The position numbers were made by a program, and so were the translations under genes. This document shows positions 1-8,923 of a stretch of 64,000 bases of DNA, one piece after another. The notes beneath the pieces were generated by a model, which worked only from the letters and a program-made list of their open reading frames with translations, ran no database searches and was not told the origin of the DNA. The DNA comes from an uncultured virus (IMG/VR IMGVR_UViG_3300036546_000271) (Duplodnaviria; Heunggongvirae; Uroviricota; Caudoviricetes), in the IMG/VR virus record IMGVR_UViG_3300036546_000271; one strand, given 5' to 3'. Position 1 is the first letter of the stretch. Each line of letters starts with the position of its first letter.

Positions 1-241
1 AAGACTTGACACAAACTATAAGACAAAAGCTAATACCTGCAAATATACAGCAACCATCAAGTATAATTCAGATGATAAATCAAGTTTTAAATGCTATTAA
101 TATACCAAAACCAAAAGACTTGACACAAACTATAAGACAAAAGCTAATACCTGCAAATATACAGCAACCATCAAGTATAATTCAGATGATAAATCAAGTT
201 TTAAATGCTATTAATATACCAAAACCAAAAGACTTGACACA
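1..241 (+). repeat. 114-bp tandem repeat (38 aa), two perfect copies (1-114, 115-228) plus a partial third
   Basis: Identical units beginning AAGACTTGACACA at 1, 115 and 229. Confidence 0.95.
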
Positions 242-536
242 GATTGTGAAGCAAAAACTTATTCCAGCTGACTTTTCTCAAATCAGAGAGAATAATAACA
301 TGTCGGTGCCTTTGCCATCGTCAATCAAGCAAAATAGTCAAGATAATAAAGTCGAACAAGTGTCTCAAGATAAGAACATAAACATAAACATCAACGGAAA
401 TGGAAGTATAAAAATCAACCCGGAAGCCTCTAAAGAGGCAATGCTTAATATACTGCTTGAAAATGTCAAGCCAGTACTAATGAATATCTTGCAAGAAGAA
501 ATATTCGAGGAGGGAGAGTTGAGCTATGATTTCTAA
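6..536 (+). CDS. C-terminal end of probable tape measure protein (truncated by window edge)
   Basis: Directly upstream of the LysM/XkdP-like gene, same position as the tape measure gene at 46488-49580. Confidence 0.7.
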   Translation: MTQTIRQKLIPANIQQPSSIIQMINQVLNAINIPKPKDLTQTIRQKLIPANIQQPSSIIQMINQVLNAINIPKPKDLTQIVKQKLIPADFSQIRENNNMSVPLPSSIKQNSQDNKVEQVSQDKNINININGNGSIKINPEASKEAMLNILLENVKPVLMNILQEEIFEEGELSYDF

Positions 537-1188
537 ATACCAATACTGGTTTACATTTGATAACGAAAAAGAAAGACTAAGGCTCCCTGTCCTTCCTGAA
601 GAATTCTCTGTAAGCATTGGATCTAAGAATGAAAGTGTAGATGTTGCTGGTCTAGGCGAAACAACTATAAAACAAGACAGGCCAGCAATTACATTTTCTT
701 TTAGCTCCATATTTCCTGCTAGTGAATTTCCAGGAGTGGAATACGAAGATTTTCCACCACCAAGCACATGTATTGAGACTCTTATTAGGTGGAAAGAATC
801 TGAATATCCTATTCACTTTATAGTAACTGGAACTAAAATAAATATATTTGTAACTATCGAGAGTCTTGAATACAAGGAAATAGGTGGAGATGTCGGCACT
901 CTTCACTACTCAATAACCCTTAAAGAATTTAGACCTATTCAAGTCAACCAAATCAAAGTAAATACTAGCACCGGCACTGCCATAGTAAGGAATGAAACCA
1001 AAAGAACTGATAATAGGGTTCAATCAAAATTATATACAGTAGCTCCTGGAGACTATCTTTTCAAGATAGCAAAGAAAACTCTATCTGACCCTAGCAAATG
1101 GAAAGAAATAGCCTCTATAAATGGGCTAAAAGCTCCATACACTATCTATCCTAATCAAAAATTAAAACTACCAACAGATATAGGGTGA
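526..1188 (+). CDS. XkdP-like LysM-domain tail protein
   Basis: C-terminal LysM (YTVAPGDYLFKIAK...IYPNQKLKLP); position. Confidence 0.85.
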   Translation: MISKYQYWFTFDNEKERLRLPVLPEEFSVSIGSKNESVDVAGLGETTIKQDRPAITFSFSSIFPASEFPGVEYEDFPPPSTCIETLIRWKESEYPIHFIVTGTKINIFVTIESLEYKEIGGDVGTLHYSITLKEFRPIQVNQIKVNTSTGTAIVRNETKRTDNRVQSKLYTVAPGDYLFKIAKKTLSDPSKWKEIASINGLKAPYTIYPNQKLKLPTDIG

Positions 1189-1194
1189 TAATCT

Positions 1195-2163
1195 ATGATG
1201 GAATTTATACTTATTAAAAACAACAAGCCTTTAGATATCACTAATTTAGTTGAAAGTGTGACTTGGAGTGGTAGAAAGGGAGCTGCTGGAAGAATATTAA
1301 CAGCGACACTTATTAGCTCAAAAAACTATGGACATGACAGTATAAAAATAAATATTGAAGAAGGAATTTACTGTATTTTTAGATGGCAAAAGAAAGAACT
1401 ATTTAGAGGCATAGTTCTTAAGCAAGGAGCCAATAAAAGCAAAAAGGAACAGATAGTAGCAAGAGATAACTTAATATATTTTGCCAACAACACAGATACA
1501 TTCAACTACAAGAATATGTCTGCTAGTGAGATCTTCATCGATTGCTGTAATAGATTTAAAATAGCTTATGACAAAGTTGATGATACAGTTTATAAAATAC
1601 CTAATCTACCAAAAAGAGACGCTTCATTGTGGGATGTAATTCTCGATGCACTAAGCCAGACATATAAGGCCAATGGAGAAAGGTATTATTTAAAATCTGA
1701 ACTAGGGAAAATCAGTCTGTTTAAGAGAAAAAACTCATTGAAACAGTGGGTAATTAAAACTGGTAGCAATTTACTTGATTATGACTATTCAAAAAGCATT
1801 GAAGATATTAAGACTAGGATTAAATTAGTGAGCGATAATGGTACTGTTTTAGCCGAAGAAATTAACTCCGATCTTGAAGGTAAAATAGGTATATTTCAAA
1901 AAACTATCAAGCCTGATGACAAGCTCAATCAAGGACAACTTCAACAGATTATTAAAACTATACTAAAAGAAATAAGCACTACAAAACAAGACTTAAACCT
2001 AACTTGTATTGGAATACCAGATGCAATAAGTGGTATTGCTGTATATATATCAATACCCGAGCTAGGAATTAGAAGAAGTTTTTACGTTGATGAAGATAGT
2101 CACACTTTTAAGGGAAGATATCACGAAATGAAGTTAACCCTAAATTACACCAACGAATTGTAG
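1195..2163 (+). CDS. XkdQ/YqbQ-like baseplate hub protein
   Basis: 322 aa, follows the LysM gene; counterpart of 50250-51209. Confidence 0.75.
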   Translation: MMEFILIKNNKPLDITNLVESVTWSGRKGAAGRILTATLISSKNYGHDSIKINIEEGIYCIFRWQKKELFRGIVLKQGANKSKKEQIVARDNLIYFANNTDTFNYKNMSASEIFIDCCNRFKIAYDKVDDTVYKIPNLPKRDASLWDVILDALSQTYKANGERYYLKSELGKISLFKRKNSLKQWVIKTGSNLLDYDYSKSIEDIKTRIKLVSDNGTVLAEEINSDLEGKIGIFQKTIKPDDKLNQGQLQQIIKTILKEISTTKQDLNLTCIGIPDAISGIAVYISIPELGIRRSFYVDEDSHTFKGRYHEMKLTLNYTNEL

Positions 2164-2171
2164 GTGATGAT

Positions 2172-2600
2172 ATGAAAGCTACAAGCATTAAAGAAATAAT
2201 TCAAAGCATGCAAATAAAAGATATGGAGATATTAGAAGGTGTTGTAATATCAGAAGCTCCTTTGAATATAAAGCTTGCGAACAATGAAAAAATGGTTCTA
2301 GATGAAGATATCTTGATAGTTCCACAACACCTTACGGATTATAAAACTAAATTATCTTTTGCAGCTATAGCTGGAGCAGTACTTAGTTCAAAAACAAAAC
2401 CTGCCGGAAGTCATAATCACACTGTATCAGGAGTTGGAAGCACAAGTACTGTTGAGGACCATGAGCACGAACTTAATGATTTGCAATTAACTCAAGTTGA
2501 AGTAACTGTTCATAATGCACTAAAGAAGGATGAGAAAGTACTGCTACTGAGTTATAACAATAGCAAGATGTATTACGTTTTAGATAGGGTGGTGAAATAA
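2172..2600 (+). CDS. XkdR/DUF2577-like baseplate spike protein
   Basis: GVVISEAPLNI N-terminus, LKKDEKVLL...YYVLDRV C-terminus, His-rich insert. Confidence 0.7.
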   Translation: MKATSIKEIIQSMQIKDMEILEGVVISEAPLNIKLANNEKMVLDEDILIVPQHLTDYKTKLSFAAIAGAVLSSKTKPAGSHNHTVSGVGSTSTVEDHEHELNDLQLTQVEVTVHNALKKDEKVLLLSYNNSKMYYVLDRVVK

Positions 2601-2602
2601 CC

Positions 2603-3007
2603 ATGCCTTTAGATATACCTATAAACATAACTGAAATTGACAATGATTCAGAGGCAATACCTACAAAAACATATAAAATAGACTTTGAAAATGGTAGGAT
2701 CATCGGTAAAGTAGATGAGATAGAAGCAATAAAACAGTTTATTAAAAAAGCACTTAAAACTCCAAGGTTTAAGTGCTTAATTTATGATGGCCAATATGGA
2801 AGTGAAATCGATAATTTGATTAAGTCAGATTCTACTTTCCAGTTTATCGAAAGCGAGCTTCCAAGGGTGGTTGAAGATGCACTTATATACGACAAAAGAA
2901 TTCAAAAAGTATATGACTTCTCATTTGAACTGTCAAAAGAACAGTTATATATAAAATTTAAAGTTGACACAATATATGGCACTACTGAATATGAGGAGGT
3001 GATATAG
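2603..3007 (+). CDS. XkdS/DUF2634-like baseplate wedge protein
   Basis: KTYKIDFENG, EAIKQFIKKALKTPR, YGSE motifs; precedes baseplate J. Confidence 0.8.
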   Translation: MPLDIPINITEIDNDSEAIPTKTYKIDFENGRIIGKVDEIEAIKQFIKKALKTPRFKCLIYDGQYGSEIDNLIKSDSTFQFIESELPRVVEDALIYDKRIQKVYDFSFELSKEQLYIKFKVDTIYGTTEYEEVI

Positions 3008-3008
3008 A

Positions 3009-4070
3009 TTGTTCGAAGATAGAACCTATGAAAATATACTTCAAGAGTTTCTTGATATGGCACCTCCTGATATAGATACAAGACAAGGTAGTGTATATTA
3101 TGATGCTGTAGCTCCTGCAGCTTTTAAACTTGCTAAATTTTATGCTGATTTGCAAATGACCTTCGAGCTTGTATTTATAGATAGTACAGAAGGGGAATTC
3201 TTAACAGAAAAGGCAAAAGAGCATGGAGTTGAAAGACTGCCGGCAAAACCAGCTAAAAGACGGGTAACTTTTGAAGGAGTTATTCCAAACACCGGAGAGA
3301 GATTCTTTGCAGAGCAGCAATATTTTGTACTTAAAAACGATGATGAAATAGGACTATATGTAGAAGCTGAAGAACCAGGAGAAAGTGCTAACAATATTCC
3401 TATAGGTACAAAGTTAGTTCCTTTAAATAATATATTTGGACTTACCTCTTCTACTTTAGGAGAAGTAATAGAACCAGGAACAGAAGAAGAAAGTGACGAT
3501 GATTTAAAAAGAAGATTAAGAGAAAAAATAGCAGGTCCAGCTGAAAACGGAAACAAACAACACTATAAAACATGGTGCGAGGAAGTTGTTGGAGTCGGAA
3601 GGGCTAGAATATTTCCTCTTTGGGATGGGCCTAACACTGTCAAAGGTGTTCTGGTAGATACGCAAGGTTTGCCGGCTTCACAAACTGTAGTTGATTCAGT
3701 TCAGGAGTATGTTGATCCAGGAGCACAAGGCTTAGGAGAAGGAGTTGCTAATCTAGGTGCAAAATTTACAGCAGTAGCTGCAAATACATATAACATAGAT
3801 ATTTATTTTCAAGCTGTAGCAAAACAAGGAGCAACTCTCGATGATGTAAAAAATGAAGCTATTGAAGCTTTTACTGAATACTTCAAAGACATTACATTAA
3901 ATACTCCTGAAGGTGAAGACATGATTATAAGAGTATCGGCAATTGGAAATATAATCTATGAACTAGCTTCAGTGTTAGACTATAGCAATTTAACGATTAA
4001 TGGTGGCACTGCGAACATTCAAATAGATATTGAATCAGTTCCGGTGCTGGGGGTGGTGACTGTTGAATAA
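3009..4070 (+). CDS. Baseplate J-like (XkdT) protein
   Basis: GTEEESDDDLKRR and GNKQHYKTWCEEVVGV motifs. Confidence 0.9.
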   Translation: MFEDRTYENILQEFLDMAPPDIDTRQGSVYYDAVAPAAFKLAKFYADLQMTFELVFIDSTEGEFLTEKAKEHGVERLPAKPAKRRVTFEGVIPNTGERFFAEQQYFVLKNDDEIGLYVEAEEPGESANNIPIGTKLVPLNNIFGLTSSTLGEVIEPGTEEESDDDLKRRLREKIAGPAENGNKQHYKTWCEEVVGVGRARIFPLWDGPNTVKGVLVDTQGLPASQTVVDSVQEYVDPGAQGLGEGVANLGAKFTAVAANTYNIDIYFQAVAKQGATLDDVKNEAIEAFTEYFKDITLNTPEGEDMIIRVSAIGNIIYELASVLDYSNLTINGGTANIQIDIESVPVLGVVTVE

Positions 4071-4917
4071 CTATGATGAGATAAAAACATTTCTTCCTGA
4101 CTTTTATAATGACATTTTAGAAATGCAGTTGTATCTTCAGGCTCTTGGAGGCCAACTCGATAAAGCTGAAGAATCAAATATAAAAGTGCTTTTTAATAAT
4201 TTCATATATAGAGCTGATGAAGATGCAATCGAAAGACTAGAAAAATATTTGTATCTACCAATTGACAGAGAAAAGCCTCTAGAAGATAGAAGGCGTTTAG
4301 TAACTTCTTTCTTTGTTGGTTTCGGTAAAATGAGTGCTTCTAAAATAAAAGAAATTGTATATCAGTTTACAAATGCAATTCCAGATGTAAAGTTTGAAGA
4401 TAGCACCATATTTGTTGAAATTGAAAGAGGAGATACACAGTCTCTGTATTTAATCGATGTGGCCACTATCTTATCAAGAAGACTCCCGGCTCATCTTGAA
4501 TTTACTTTAAGTGTTAATATCACAGTGAATACAACTGTAGAAGTAAAATCTCATATTTATCCATTCAATTATAAACTTTGTGATGAGTTGATATGTGGTA
4601 CTTATCCAAGACCAGCATATTTAGGAGAAGTTGATAGAAATATAGTAAATGTATCAGCCAAGGAAGAAATCAATATATTTGATTACAGACTGTGTGGAAC
4701 TTACCCAATTAATACAACTATTGGTGATGTAGACATAGTATTGACGGAAATAAATGCCGACAGTAAAAACTACCCCTTTGACTATAAATTAGCCGGCACA
4801 AACCCAGATATAAGTACTTTGGGAGATATAAACAATATACAAGCAAGCACAGATGAAGCAACTAAAACAGTTGCTTTTTCTTATACCCTTTGTGGAACCA
4901 AAAGATGTGGTGAGTAA
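4063..4917 (+). CDS. XkdU/DUF2313-like tail protein with C-terminal Cys repeats
   Basis: Follows baseplate J; LEDRRR and LPAHL motifs; repeated F.Y.LCGT.P. Confidence 0.7.
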   Translation: MNNYDEIKTFLPDFYNDILEMQLYLQALGGQLDKAEESNIKVLFNNFIYRADEDAIERLEKYLYLPIDREKPLEDRRRLVTSFFVGFGKMSASKIKEIVYQFTNAIPDVKFEDSTIFVEIERGDTQSLYLIDVATILSRRLPAHLEFTLSVNITVNTTVEVKSHIYPFNYKLCDELICGTYPRPAYLGEVDRNIVNVSAKEEINIFDYRLCGTYPINTTIGDVDIVLTEINADSKNYPFDYKLAGTNPDISTLGDINNIQASTDEATKTVAFSYTLCGTKRCGE

Positions 4918-4930
4918 GGAGGTGAAGTAA

Positions 4931-5239
4931 TTGGCTAACTTTTGGAATGAAAGCTTTCTTCAGAAAATGCGTGACAAATGGCTAAAGTCAATTGCTTATG
5001 CTGAATATGTCATGAATGATGTAACCTATAGAGCTGACATACAGCAGAAAAAAATAGTAGGAGACACTATTGAAGTATATGTTGTCATTGATCATTCAGT
5101 TCAGGGAACAAATACTATCACAAAAATAAGACTGTATGACACAGATGGAACAATAGCAGGTGAAAGAACAGAAAATATTGTGAAAAGCAGCACTCAAGGT
5201 GTGCTGATTAAATTTGAATTCCCTTTGAAGGAGGTGTAG
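4931..5239 (+). CDS. Phage tail-associated protein
   Basis: Strong RBS; homologous to 53993-54292. Confidence 0.6.
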   Translation: MANFWNESFLQKMRDKWLKSIAYAEYVMNDVTYRADIQQKKIVGDTIEVYVVIDHSVQGTNTITKIRLYDTDGTIAGERTENIVKSSTQGVLIKFEFPLKEV

Positions 5240-5245
5240 CAATAA

Positions 5246-5692
5246 ATGAAACCATATAACAGAACAGTTTGGAAAGATCATGTTACAGACCCTGAAACAG
5301 GGCAGGTCATACAGGAAGGTACTCCAGAAAGTGCTACTAACTTCAACAATATAGAAACTGGTATATTTGCTAATGATTCATCTAGTTCAGTATTAATGCA
5401 GGAGGTAATGCAGCATAAAAGATTATTAGCTGACCTAGAGGGAGAAATGGGAGAAGTAACACTAACAAACAGTCAAGAGTATCCATTTAATAATTCAGAG
5501 CAAACTGTTTCCTTATCAAAGGCCAGAGATACTCTGAATTATAGGGTGGATGTTGAAATCGTGAGTGCTGTAGGCTTTCCTGGAAAAATTGAAGTATATG
5601 ACAAGCAGTTAAATGGTTTTAAAATCAAATTTACTGGCAGTGCATCTTCTGTCACTGTCAAATACATTGTTCAAGGAGGTATGTATCAATGA
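5246..5692 (+). CDS. Phage tail fibre-associated protein
   Basis: Homologous to 54293-54730 (PFNNS, DKQLNGFKI, VQGGMYQ). Confidence 0.65.
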   Translation: MKPYNRTVWKDHVTDPETGQVIQEGTPESATNFNNIETGIFANDSSSSVLMQEVMQHKRLLADLEGEMGEVTLTNSQEYPFNNSEQTVSLSKARDTLNYRVDVEIVSAVGFPGKIEVYDKQLNGFKIKFTGSASSVTVKYIVQGGMYQ

Positions 5693-6012
5693 TAGTCGTT
5701 GAAAAAAATGAAGGTACTAAAATTAATTATTCAGTTGAAGATACTAAATTAACATTAAGAGATGAGATGACTCTAGATTTAGAAAAATATGAAAGGGATT
5801 TTCCAGTGCATATTGATATATGCAAAAACAAGTTTGGAATGCTAACCTTTGAACTTAGCGAAAAGTATGTAGCTCAAATAGATATACCAGCTAGAGAATA
5901 TAATGAAGTTCAAAACGGAACTGATGAAGAAGGAAATCCGAAGATAGATAAAGTTCCGGTACCTTTCGATATGAATAAAGTAACACTAACATTATGGAGT
6001 TTGGAGGGATAA
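5689..6012 (+). CDS. Phage tail-associated protein upstream of the DGR target
   Basis: Homologous to 54895-55224 (EKN.G.KI.Y, IDIC.N, LTLW). Confidence 0.65.
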   Translation: MIVVEKNEGTKINYSVEDTKLTLRDEMTLDLEKYERDFPVHIDICKNKFGMLTFELSEKYVAQIDIPAREYNEVQNGTDEEGNPKIDKVPVPFDMNKVTLTLWSLEG

Positions 6013-6015
6013 TAA

Positions 6016-7071
6016 ATGACTAACTTTGATGATTTAAAACTATCAGTAGAAGCACTTTCGGGAGGAAAAAACACAGTATTATTTGATGATTTAGGCATGC
6101 CGAGCATTATGGTACCTATACCAAAGTTTAAGCTATCTGATGTAATAGATGGAGCTCCTCAAGAGACACATCCAGCATTCATTATCGATGGAGAAGAAAA
6201 AGATGTAATTTACATTTCTAAATATCAAAACATCGTAATGAATGACAGGGCATATTCACTACCTTATAAAGACCCTAAGGTTTATACAACTTTTGATCAA
6301 GCTGTTACTTATTGTAGGAACAAAGGACCAGGTTGGCATCTGATGACCAATGCAGAATGGGCAGCACTGGCTCTATGGTGTAAGAAAAACGGATTTATGC
6401 CAAGAGGAAATAACAGCTACGGCAAAGACCACAGTGCTACACACGAAAAAGGAGTACCAACGTATATCTATGACACCGATACAATCGCTAGAGTGGCCAC
6501 TGGTTCAGGGCCAGCTTCATGGGCTCACGATGGCACCAACGAAGGCATATTCGACCTAAACGGAAACGTATGGGAGTGGGTAGCTGGATTTAGACTTGCA
6601 GATGGAGAAATACAGGTGATTCCATACAATGAGGCTGCGAAAGATGATGCAAGCATGGCTTCTGACAGCACTCTATGGAAAGCTATCTTGCAAGATGGTT
6701 CTTTAGTTGCTCCTGGTACTGCAGATACTCTAAAAATTGATGGAGAAACTGCAACACCAAGTGGAATCAGAATCAATACAAGTGTAGTTAATCAAACAAC
6801 AGATGAAAATTATCTAAGCAAAACATTAGAAACCATAACAGCAGCTGACGGAGTAACTATACCAATGCTTTTAAAAGCTCTAGGTATTGCTCCTGTAGAC
6901 GCTAATCATGGAGGAGATAATGTGTGGGCTAGAAATAAAGGAGAAAGATTGCCGTTCCGTGGTGGCTACTGGATCGGCGGTTCCGATGCCGGGGTGTTTT
7001 CTCTGCACCTCAGCTACCCTCGTTCGGGCTCCAGTAGCAACATCGGCTTCCGTGCTGCTTACATTGGATAA
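6016..7071 (+). CDS. DGR target protein 1, Mtd-like with C-terminal C-type lectin/FGE-like variable domain (probable receptor-binding protein)
   Basis: WHLMTNAEW, DLNGNVWEW, RGG.W...GFR motifs; 3' end contains the VR. Confidence 0.92.
   Translation: MTNFDDLKLSVEALSGGKNTVLFDDLGMPSIMVPIPKFKLSDVIDGAPQETHPAFIIDGEEKDVIYISKYQNIVMNDRAYSLPYKDPKVYTTFDQAVTYCRNKGPGWHLMTNAEWAALALWCKKNGFMPRGNNSYGKDHSATHEKGVPTYIYDTDTIARVATGSGPASWAHDGTNEGIFDLNGNVWEWVAGFRLADGEIQVIPYNEAAKDDASMASDSTLWKAILQDGSLVAPGTADTLKIDGETATPSGIRINTSVVNQTTDENYLSKTLETITAADGVTIPMLLKALGIAPVDANHGGDNVWARNKGERLPFRGGYWIGGSDAGVFSLHLSYPRSGSSSNIGFRAAYIG
6949..7059 (+). repeat. DGR1 variable repeat (VR1), 111 bp
   Basis: Matches 7544-7654 apart from 11 substitutions, all opposite TR adenines. 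Confidence 0.97.
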
Positions 7072-7101
7072 TCTGTAATCTGAAAAACTGATAATCTGAA
7101 T

Positions 7102-7121
7102 AGGCTGACGATAGTCAGCCT
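7102..7121 (+). promoter_or_regulatory. DGR1 hairpin downstream of VR (AGGCTGAC-GATA-GTCAGCCT)
   Basis: Perfect 8-bp stem with a 4-nt loop; equivalent hairpin in DGR2. Confidence 0.85.
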
Positions 7122-7166
7122 TTAATATTTTTATGTAGTTAAATTTACAGCAAAAGAGGGTGCAAG

Positions 7167-7508
7167 ATGGCAACAGAAGAACTGAAAATATTGCAGAAAA
7201 CCTATGATATGATTCTTTATGCTAACATATGCCTGAAACAATTTCCAAAACATGAAAAACACGTACTTGCAGCAGACATTAGAAAATCTATGTATAAATT
7301 ACTTTCACTTATTATTGCAGCAAATAAAAAATACTATAAGAAAACAACTCTTCAAGAGATAGACATAGAACTTGATGTGTTAAGAACTTACATCCGATTA
7401 TCTATGGATCTAAAATACTTACCTATAAAGAAGTATGAGATATGGAGCAAAAAGCTCAATGAAATAGGTAAAATGCTAGGTGGCTGGATGAAATACGCTA
7501 AAAAATAA
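7167..7508 (+). CDS. avd: DGR accessory variability determinant
   Basis: 113-aa basic protein with FPKHEK and EIGKMLGGW motifs, between target and TR. Confidence 0.92.
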   Translation: MATEELKILQKTYDMILYANICLKQFPKHEKHVLAADIRKSMYKLLSLIIAANKKYYKKTTLQEIDIELDVLRTYIRLSMDLKYLPIKKYEIWSKKLNEIGKMLGGWMKYAKK

Positions 7509-7543
7509 TTTTGAATATATTACACAGGGAATGAGCCGTGTAA

Positions 7544-7654
7544 TTGCCGTTCCGTGGTGGCAACTGGAACAACGGTTCCAATGCCGGGGTGTTTTCTCTG
7601 AACCTCAACAACCCTCGTTCGAACTCCAGTAACAACATCGGCTTCCGTGCTGCT
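7544..7654 (+). ncRNA. DGR1 template repeat (TR1)
   Basis: AAC-rich copy of VR1 between avd and RT; 22 adenines. Confidence 0.95.
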
Positions 7655-7818
7655 CTACTCTCATTGTCAGAAGTTATAAGCTTAAGGGCTTATATCCAGT
7701 ACAGAGAGTGTAAAGGGGTTCATTTCCTTGCCTTATAGGCAAAAAACTTTATTACCATGGAAGCAGCTAGTAGCTTTTTAGTGAAGGATGCTACACATGG
7801 TATATTACTTAAGTAAAG

Positions 7819-8910
7819 GTGGCAGATATGAAAAGAATAAAGAATATCTATCCTGAAATATATGACTTTGAAAATCTTTATAAATCATATCTAGAAGCTA
7901 GAAAATCAAAAAGATTTAGAAGTGATGTATTAGAATTTGCTGCTAATCTAGAAGAAAATTTAATTGAGATACAAAATGAGCTTATATGGAAAACCTATGA
8001 GGTTGGAAGATATAGAGAGTTCTATGTATATGAACCGAAAAAACGGCTTATTATGGCTCTGCCTTTCAAAGATAGGATAGTTCAGTGGGCAGTATACAGA
8101 AAAATATTCCCTATATTCGATAAGCAGTTTATAAATGATTCATATGCTTGCAGAAAAGGCAAAGGAACACATAAAGCTGCAGATAGGCTCCAATATTGGC
8201 TTAAAAAAGTATCAAGAAAACCTCAAAAATGGCACTATCTTAAGCTAGATATATCAAAGTATTTTTATAGGATAGACCACAGTGTATTAATGGATATCCT
8301 CGAAAGAAAAATAGCTGACAAAGACCTACTTTGGCTACTAGATAAAATCATAAATAGTGAAGACATGAAATTTGGACTACCTTTGGGAGCAGATCCTGAT
8401 GAAGTATCTGATGATGATAGACTTTCTGATGTAGGTATTCCTATAGGAAATCTGACATCACAGATGTTTGCAAATCTCTATCTGAATGAGCTGGACCAGT
8501 ATTGTAAACATAAGTTAAGACTTAAATACTATATCCGGTACATGGATGATGTCATAATACTCCACTCTGACAAGAAATATTTACACGATGCAAAAGCAGA
8601 GATAGAGAGATTTTTAAATGAAAATCTTAAACTTCATCTAAATAATAAGACTGCTATTAGGCCAATAAATACCGGCATTGAATTCGTTGGCTTTAGGATA
8701 TGGCCAACCCATAGAAAGCTCAAAAAGAAAACAGCTCTTAAGATGAAAAAGAGAATTAAATATATCAAGAAAGCTTATGAAAGGGGTGATATAGACTTTG
8801 AAAAAGTAAATGGAACTATGCAGAGCTACTTTGGGATTATGAAACATTTTAATAGTTATAAGCTTAAAAACAAACTGCTAAGTGAGTTTGTTTTGATAAG
8901 AAAGCCATAA
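7819..8910 (+). CDS. DGR reverse transcriptase 1 (start may be ATG at 7828)
   Basis: LKLDISKYF, GIPIGNLTSQ and YIRYMDD motifs; no maturase/endonuclease extension. Confidence 0.95.
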   Translation: MADMKRIKNIYPEIYDFENLYKSYLEARKSKRFRSDVLEFAANLEENLIEIQNELIWKTYEVGRYREFYVYEPKKRLIMALPFKDRIVQWAVYRKIFPIFDKQFINDSYACRKGKGTHKAADRLQYWLKKVSRKPQKWHYLKLDISKYFYRIDHSVLMDILERKIADKDLLWLLDKIINSEDMKFGLPLGADPDEVSDDDRLSDVGIPIGNLTSQMFANLYLNELDQYCKHKLRLKYYIRYMDDVIILHSDKKYLHDAKAEIERFLNENLKLHLNNKTAIRPINTGIEFVGFRIWPTHRKLKKKTALKMKKRIKYIKKAYERGDIDFEKVNGTMQSYFGIMKHFNSYKLKNKLLSEFVLIRKP

Positions 8911-8923
8911 ACTACATGTATAT

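Noticed and set aside
6949..7059. Cross-targeting of VR1 by TR2 (or VR2 by TR1), or extra target genes
   Set aside because: Each VR matches only its own TR at non-A sites; I saw no third VR in the window by eye.
7544..7738. 64-aa ORF MPFRGGNWNNG...
   Set aside because: It is the translation of the template repeat; Asn-rich because of AAC codons, with no convincing RBS.
7819..8910. RTs as group II intron, retron or Abi RTs
   Set aside because: avd, TR/VR pairs with adenine-only mismatches and the lack of maturase or effector domains identify DGRs.
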